NCBI GenBank assembly: GCA_000708835.1
Contig: DF237039.1
Span: 62,001-126,000, forward strand
Direction: 5' to 3'
DNA length: 64,000 nt
Source: Klebsormidium nitens
Lineage: Eukaryota > Plantae > Klebsormidiophyceae
This document shows, piece after piece, positions 57,494-64,000 of this stretch. The first letter of the stretch is position 1. Every line of letters begins with the position of its first letter. A program made the translations under genes and the position numbers. The notes beneath the pieces were generated by a model. That model searched no databases. It was not told the DNA's origin and saw nothing but the letters and a program-made list of their open reading frames with translations.

Positions 57494-60471
57494 GGCTCAG
57501 GGTGTGGAACGCAAGCATTTAGGAACTCAAGGCAAGTAGGCTGGAGGGTTGTAGGTTAGAGTGTGAGACTCAAGAGAAACTCTGCTGACAAACACTGTGA
57601 TCTAGAGAAGATGTAGGATTCGCAAGAGTATCTTAAAAAACAAAACCTGGCGCTGAACGTAGAATAGACAAGCTCAATTCCCAAGCTGGCGCTGCTCGAT
57701 TTGCAACGGATCCGTTTCCGCTGCCAGGTTTTGAAATAAAGCCAGTCGCTGGGGCGCTATAGAAGCACGCGGCGTGGCGCGGTGATCAGACCTTTGTGAC
57801 GCGTGCGCCCCGCCCGCCTCCGTTGACGTCCCGGTGCCAAAACCGCAGGGTGTAGCAGCGCGGAACTGATAAAGGTTTTCGAAAACGTTGTTAGAAAGTG
57901 TGAGCTGTTGTGGGCGGCGCTTCCGGAGGCGCAGCCTCGGGAGCGAAAAGTGGGCAAACTAGGAGAGGCGAAAGACTTTCGCAAGGCCCGGGAGCACAAA
58001 CCGGGAAAGGGGAAACCGGCAGAGACGCGGGGCCAGAGTTGCCAGGAGCTTAGTGAAGTGCGAGACAGTAAAGCGGGGCTTCCCGAGAAGGCTGAGATAG
58101 AGCGCCGTTGTGGCGGGGGCGCTAGCAACGGTCGAATGTGGGGGCTACATCTGAAAAGAGGAGTATCGGCCCGGGACGGAGAGAGACACCGCGAGCGTGC
58201 GCGCGCGTTTCAGTCGAGCGCGTGGTGTTCTAAGCCGCATTCAGCCGGAGAGTGGGAGAGAGTGCGTGACGGGACCCGCCTGGCAGAAGCGAGGGGCAGC
58301 GGACGAAAGCGCGCAACCAAGCGCTGGAAGGCGCGCAATATCTGGCGGCGGAATGTCCGCGATCGGGGTCAGGCAGCGCGAGCCGGACTCTGTTTTGCAG
58401 GACTTGGTCGCGAAGGGAAGACGGAGAGCACGGGGCCGAGCGGAGCGGACCGGAGCGGAGCGGACCGAGCCGCCGGTGCTGGTGGGTAGCTCAGGCAAGA
58501 GAGCTTTTGGCCAGAGTAGCGGCCAAGGCTTGGGGACCTGTGACGTTGCCTGCAAATCGAGCTGAACGACGAGGTGAGAGATGTTGCGGATCTGGTTTCT
58601 TCACGGAGGTAGAGGGACAGATGTTCTTTCCAACGTGCAGTATGCAGGGTCGGTGAGTCAGAGCGAGATGCCAATCAGGAATGTTGTGGAAGGTTAGACT
58701 TTACGGCGGCTGCTTCCTTCCTGAGACTCTGTGTACAGCTTCACGTGTGTAAGTTTCGAAGCCCGTGAGCGGTGGCATCGATTGGCGATGCGATTGGATT
58801 GCCCACTTTAATTAAAGGTTACGAGTGGGGACGCCTCTGTCGGTTTCGAAGTTCGTTCGAGAATTTTTGTTTTGAAGAACGAAAAGGCCGGCGCTTCCAA
58901 CTACCTGGGGACGCAAATAGGTGCCCATGGTTATCACAGGAATGCAGGAGTCGGGACTCCTCGATCGGTTCCGAAAACTAGAAGCTGACGCTCTGTTCTA
59001 CCCCTATCTCTGCAGATGTGAGTGGGTGGTTCGGTGTTGAAAGTGCGTAGAATGAAGCGGCCAGTGTGGGGGGTGTTCCCACAGTTTTACCCCCGATCCG
59101 AGGGGAGGGCGGTGTTAAACAGTCCGGTTTGTAAGATAGTTGCGCGCGGCTCTGCAGCGCTTGCAAGACTTCCTCACTAGGTATGAGGAGATGGTTGATG
59201 CATGGATGGACTACGTGTGAGTAGGTTCTCTGAAAGACCGTGTCAGCAAAGGTTCGAAGTTGCATGCTTCTTTTAAAACAATGAACTCGTAGCAAGTATT
59301 AGTCTATGAATATTTGCCTCGGTTTCAGAACATGTAGACTGGTGAAGGCAAGGACTCGCAATCGGACGAGCTATAAACCCTTGACATTGGATTGATATTG
59401 GATTGGACCAAATAAGAACAGCTATGAATTGGCGATATTGCTTCGATTGAAAGCAGATTTTCTAGCCGCCAGGACAAGTTAGCTTCAGAATGCTTGTAGA
59501 GTGAAAATATGTTGTTTCCAAGTATCACCTGCTGTTTCCTTATTTTAGTATCTCATGAAGTACTCTGCGCCTATGGACTGCGATTGGTGCATTCCGGAAG
59601 GTTGAATTTCATTACATGCTGGGATCGCAGTTGGGTTCCGGGCCGGAGCAGCTCAATAGAAGGATCACATTATAGTAAAGTTTGCGATCCTAAGTCGAAC
59701 CGAGACGAACGGCAGCTGCTGTCGGGTCGATCATGTGCATTTATTTTGCAAAGCAGTCCCCCATGTTGGCGGACGGTGGTTTGAAAATACCTAGGTTGCA
59801 TGTATTCGAACGGTGCATGGCGGCATGTCCGGATTCCACAGACAGTAGCCTGTAGCATGCGAAGTCAATTCTTGGCCTAGGCCTAATCAATCGTGCCAAT
59901 TGCGTCGATCTCACCTTCCAATGTACGCCTGACTCAGGACAATTGTGAGCTCGGTAACTAAGGACGGCGCCCACATCAAGTTTGCAACGTTTGATTCGAA
60001 AAGCTTGCGTACCGGCCCGCTCTTGCTTTCAACATCAGGTCTGGCTTAACATGGTGATTGAGAATCTCAGGCCGCCCCGGCTATGTACTTGCCGCTTAAA
60101 GTAAGTCTCCAACGAAAGTTGCAACGCCGCGGACTGGATCTTGTTTCAAAAAGTCAATTGCACATGATCCATCACATGATTCATCGTGGAGGCTCTGTAG
60201 AGAAAGCCATGAAGGTAGTTTATTTACGTATATGATGGAACAAGCAAAATGTAACGGAACAATAGCTTGGACGCATCCACCTCGTTTCACAGACGAAAAA
60301 ACAAAATAAGTTGCGCGGATACCGGCCAGCATGCCGCCGAGCTGCCATGCATGTAAAAGGTGGGCTTGGCGTCAGGGCGGCTTAGATACGGCCGCAGATA
60401 TTACAGACGTGGCGGCCTCTTGAGTCAAGCCGCTATCATAAGAATCGCGAGCTAGACACTTTAGCGGACAT

Positions 60472-63400
60472 CTATTCAGGTCGGACCGAGCTACTGGAAA
60501 CTGACCCGGAGCGCTCTACCTTTGGACTGCCTCTGCCAGCTCGAACGATTGTCTTCAACGGATGCCTCTTGCACCGTTTCTCGATCTGCGTCGAGGAACT
60601 CAGGCAACGTCAGATTAAATTTTCAACGAAAGTCCCTTTTAGACATTGAGTGCTTCCTCAATAGTCTCTATCTGCATCGACTCTGCTGTTAGTCACTCAC
60701 GAAGAAGAGATCTGACACACAATAGTCCGGTGACGGCACCATGCTTCGACACCGGCTTGATATGAGGAGGTGGTTGTGAAACGCTGACGAGGCCTGGGAA
60801 AAGTGACCGACTTACTGTTTGCAACACGTAGCCTGACGATGCCATTGTCGCCTTTTCACTTTTCCACCTGAGAAACAGTGTTTGAGTTGGTTTAAGAAGA
60901 TTGAACGTGATTGAACGACTGGTAGAGCGGTCGTGAAGCTTGGAAGCTTTCAGCGAGCATCTAGTGCAACAGGGACGAGTCTTGCTTTTGGTTGAGTGTC
61001 CTATTCAATTCTAGGATGGCTTGTCCTTCGTCGTACTCATTGGTTGGGATGTCGATACATCGACAAGGGATCCGGCCAATCCTCGTAGCAGGCATGCAAC
61101 CAATGCTTAGAAACTCTGGGTTACAATGTGAGATTGCATAGAAAAGGACCTACTTGTCAAAGAAGACGGTCATGGCCCCGGCATGAAAGAGGTTGACGGC
61201 CTCAAGCGCACTTTTTCGATTTTTCATTGCCCTGTAGCGTACAAAGTCCCTGTGTTTTTAAGGCCGTGCAAATGGGCGGGAATCAAATTTACCTTGCAAA
61301 ATGACGCAACAATGCTAAAGTCTTCCGTGCGCGGGATGCTCATTTCCCATCTCGTTTTCTTCTTGAAGTTTTGAGCGAAAGGCAACAGGAGACCGGGACA
61401 AACGGACGACCTTGATCCCTTTTTCCTTCTTTTGATAAACCTTGAGCCTGCTCCTTGTCTCTGGAACTTACGTGAACTCCAGCAACGCGAGACAGAATCC
61501 ACGGAATGACGTAGCGTCCTGGGCATGTCGTCAGCACCACCTGCTGATTAATTTGATTTAACGACGAAGAATGTTTTCCTCACCTCCGCAGAGCTCCTTT
61601 CCGAAGGAGCTCAAGCGCCCATGCGGTGACGTTGAGGGAGACGATGCAGAAAGGAAAACCGTACGTCTCATCCTGAGACCAACGGAACATATCTCGACAT
61701 AACCCTGACCTGCAAAGGCGTACGAAGCATGTTCAGAGAAAACGTTGCTCGCACATCCACACAGATCGCGATCTAGATAAACGTACAAACGACTTGCCAA
61801 GGAGAGCCGATAGCCTGAAAGCTAAGAGAAGCAGTCTTTGTGATGGAAGCAACGAATAGTGCTGGAGAGGGTTGCGATACCTTCTCAGAGCAAGGTTCTC
61901 ACAGCTCACGCGTCTTTAACGAGACCTCCAGATCGAAACTTTGATCGCAAAAACTTTATGAGTGGCAGATGGGACACCCAGCAGAGAAGGTTTCACGATC
62001 AGCGGATGCAAGCTCGTTTCCGGTCTTCGGTGACTTTGAGATGGCTGGAACCTAGTCAGGGCGAGAAATAAATAAGGAAGATCATCAGGCTTTAGCATAT
62101 CTGAGAAGTTCAATCTGGGGCTTGCCTGGACTCCAGCAAGTGGAAAATCTGGACCAAGCCGAAGACACCACAGCTGCGGAGGTCAGTCGCCGGGTCCGTG
62201 CCTGAGATAGGAGTCAGGAAGTAGGCTGATTGCTTCGACTTGGTCCAGAGCTACGACGAGAGCGATTGATATTGATGCCCTTGTCCCGCTCAAATACACT
62301 TGAAAAGCTGCAACTTGCAACTGTTCAGAAGAGGCTTCTACATCAGATTCCATCCGCTCGTGGAAAATCATAGCGTCGCCCCTTGCGATGACAGATTTGT
62401 TTTCATTCCTAAGACCTACAAGGCACGTGTAGCTTTTTCGCTCAGTGTCCTCAATGATTGCTTCAAAGGCATCCGCTATACTCTCACCTTGGAAACCAAT
62501 AACTTCCCAATGGGGCCCAAACCGTGTTGCTGTCTGGACACCTGTCAACTTCGTGTAGATTGACTCAAGCAGGCGGATATCCAGTGGCTCGTCCTCCTGC
62601 AGCGGCAGCTTGGCCATCCGCAGCACCTGCTTCGTCTGTTCGTCCTGCTGCACGGCAGGTGTTGACCTAAAGCAGCAGTTGGCCGACGCGAGCAACGCGC
62701 TCGAACCTCTGGAAACAGGTTGGAGACGATGATTAAGCCAAAGCAACAGTTCCATGTCTCTGGCGATGCCTTTCAAGAGCGCTTCGTGGCACGCGCGTGA
62801 AAGGTCGGCAAGCGGACTGCACAGAGAGCATCATCAGCATGTGTCTGCAGGCAAAGGACGCTTGATCTTGCATTGGCTAAAGTGGCGGCTGTCAAGTGGA
62901 GTGGATCAGTATCTAAAACCTTCCTTTGCGGATTTGAAGTGCATGTATCAGTTGCAGATTCCGTCGTGTACTTCGGTATGGTTATCACTGTGCCAAACCC
63001 TTCTCTCCTCTATCACGAAGGCAAATCTGAGCTGAGAGTCGTGGAGCTTGGACTTCCAAACGGCCACTTAACGGCTGCAGCTTACGAAAGACGTCTCAGA
63101 AGAAAGCTTCATGATCAAATGGTGCTGAGATGTACCTCGTCTTTGAAGCCGGAGCTGGTGCAGAAGTATCACGTATGCGGGAAGTATAATTTCCGCTTAT
63201 GTAGTGCTCGACCTCCTTCCAGGTGAGAAGATTTGATTGTCCATTCTCGGTACAGCTTTCTGCAGTTTGAAGAATACTGTTACGGACACTCCTTACATCC
63301 AGCTACAAAGAGTCTCTCAATCATGCTGGGGCCTGATCGTAGATATTCTATGTGATCTTCTTCGATCTTAGAACCTTGTTGTGCTTATGACGAGGAGCTC

Positions 63401-64000
63401 TTTGTCAGCAAGACCACACCTTTTAACAATTTCTGGCGTTCTGCTTGATTGAATTTTATAAAAGCTGTAATCATCAAGATGCACCTTCAGCATCTTTTTA
63501 ATCAAGGGATTTGCATCATTACCTCTTTCTAAGTGCTGAAAACCTGCAACGCTGGGCGTTTGACTTGAGAGCTGCTCCGGTGTACGCCACGTATCCTCTT
63601 GCCAGTGGGAGAGAGTAAGCTCCGATGAAATCTGCTCACTTCCATCAGAGAGGTCAACTGATGACACTTTCTCACTTTCAGTGCCCCGTTGCAAATCAAT
63701 CACTTGAGGGATGCTGAGAATACCATCTGTATGTACAATGTGCTCTGACTCTGCTTGCACAATTTTAGTGCTCGCTGTACTGGGAATAGAGGGAGCGCTC
63801 TCCTCGAGTAACTTCACCATTGGTCGAGCTCCCCAAGGCACCTCTTGCAAGGTACTGTTTAGGCAAGTGGGTGTGACACATAGACTCTTGGAAACGTTAG
63901 GCACGTGCGTGACCTCCTCAACCACTGGCAAGTCGGCTGCAGATGTTATATCAGCAATGATGGCTGCTGCGGAATCCTCTCTTGGTTGGCTCACGACAGC
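60472..64000 (-). CDS. ELMO-domain protein (ELMOD3-like), 5'-truncated; exons ...-63523, 63259-63136, 62708-62488, 62201-62126 (or 62132), 61709-61584, 61231-61154, 60867-60816, 60585-60472
   Basis: RFGPHWEVIGFQ|GTDPATDLRSCGVFGLVQ, FPFCIVSLNVTAWALELL, AVNLFHAG...FFDK|WKSEKATMASSGYVL: the ELMO/CED-12 domain signature; phases consistent; last exon end and the 5' exons are less certain. Confidence 0.88.

Noticed and set aside
57908-58489. 193-aa ORF as a confident CDS
   Set aside because: TTG start, low-complexity R/G/A composition expected from GC content and no family motif; kept only as part of an unexplained-region finding.

Overview
Eukaryotic, intron-rich nuclear DNA, most likely from a flagellate-producing streptophyte green alga such as Klebsormidium. 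That assignment is an inference from plant-type PAO2/PH1/COAB proteins plus a flagellar DRC9 gene. By manual spliced translation the window holds ten protein-coding genes in strictly alternating orientation: GCN5 3' part (+), phosphopantothenate-cysteine ligase (-), peroxisomal polyamine oxidase (+), a POGLUT2/3(KDELC)-like GT90 glycosyltransferase (-), PH1-like PH-domain protein (+), CAAX protease RCE1 (-), calreticulin ending in KDEL (+), IQCG/DRC9 (-), an unknown ~990-aa coiled-coil protein (+) and the 3' part of an ELMO-domain gene (-). Most ORFs in the supplied track are exon fragments or antisense shadows. Two small inverted-repeat elements lie in the PPCS/PAO divergent promoter. The most striking unexplained structure is recurrent 'splice-junction echoes': at about ten exon boundaries in five genes, the adjacent intron holds one to five decaying tandem copies (period about 70-190 bp) of the splice site plus the neighbouring exon end. 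No CRISPR, rRNA or complete tRNA is supported. All exon coordinates were derived by hand and need RNA-seq confirmation.
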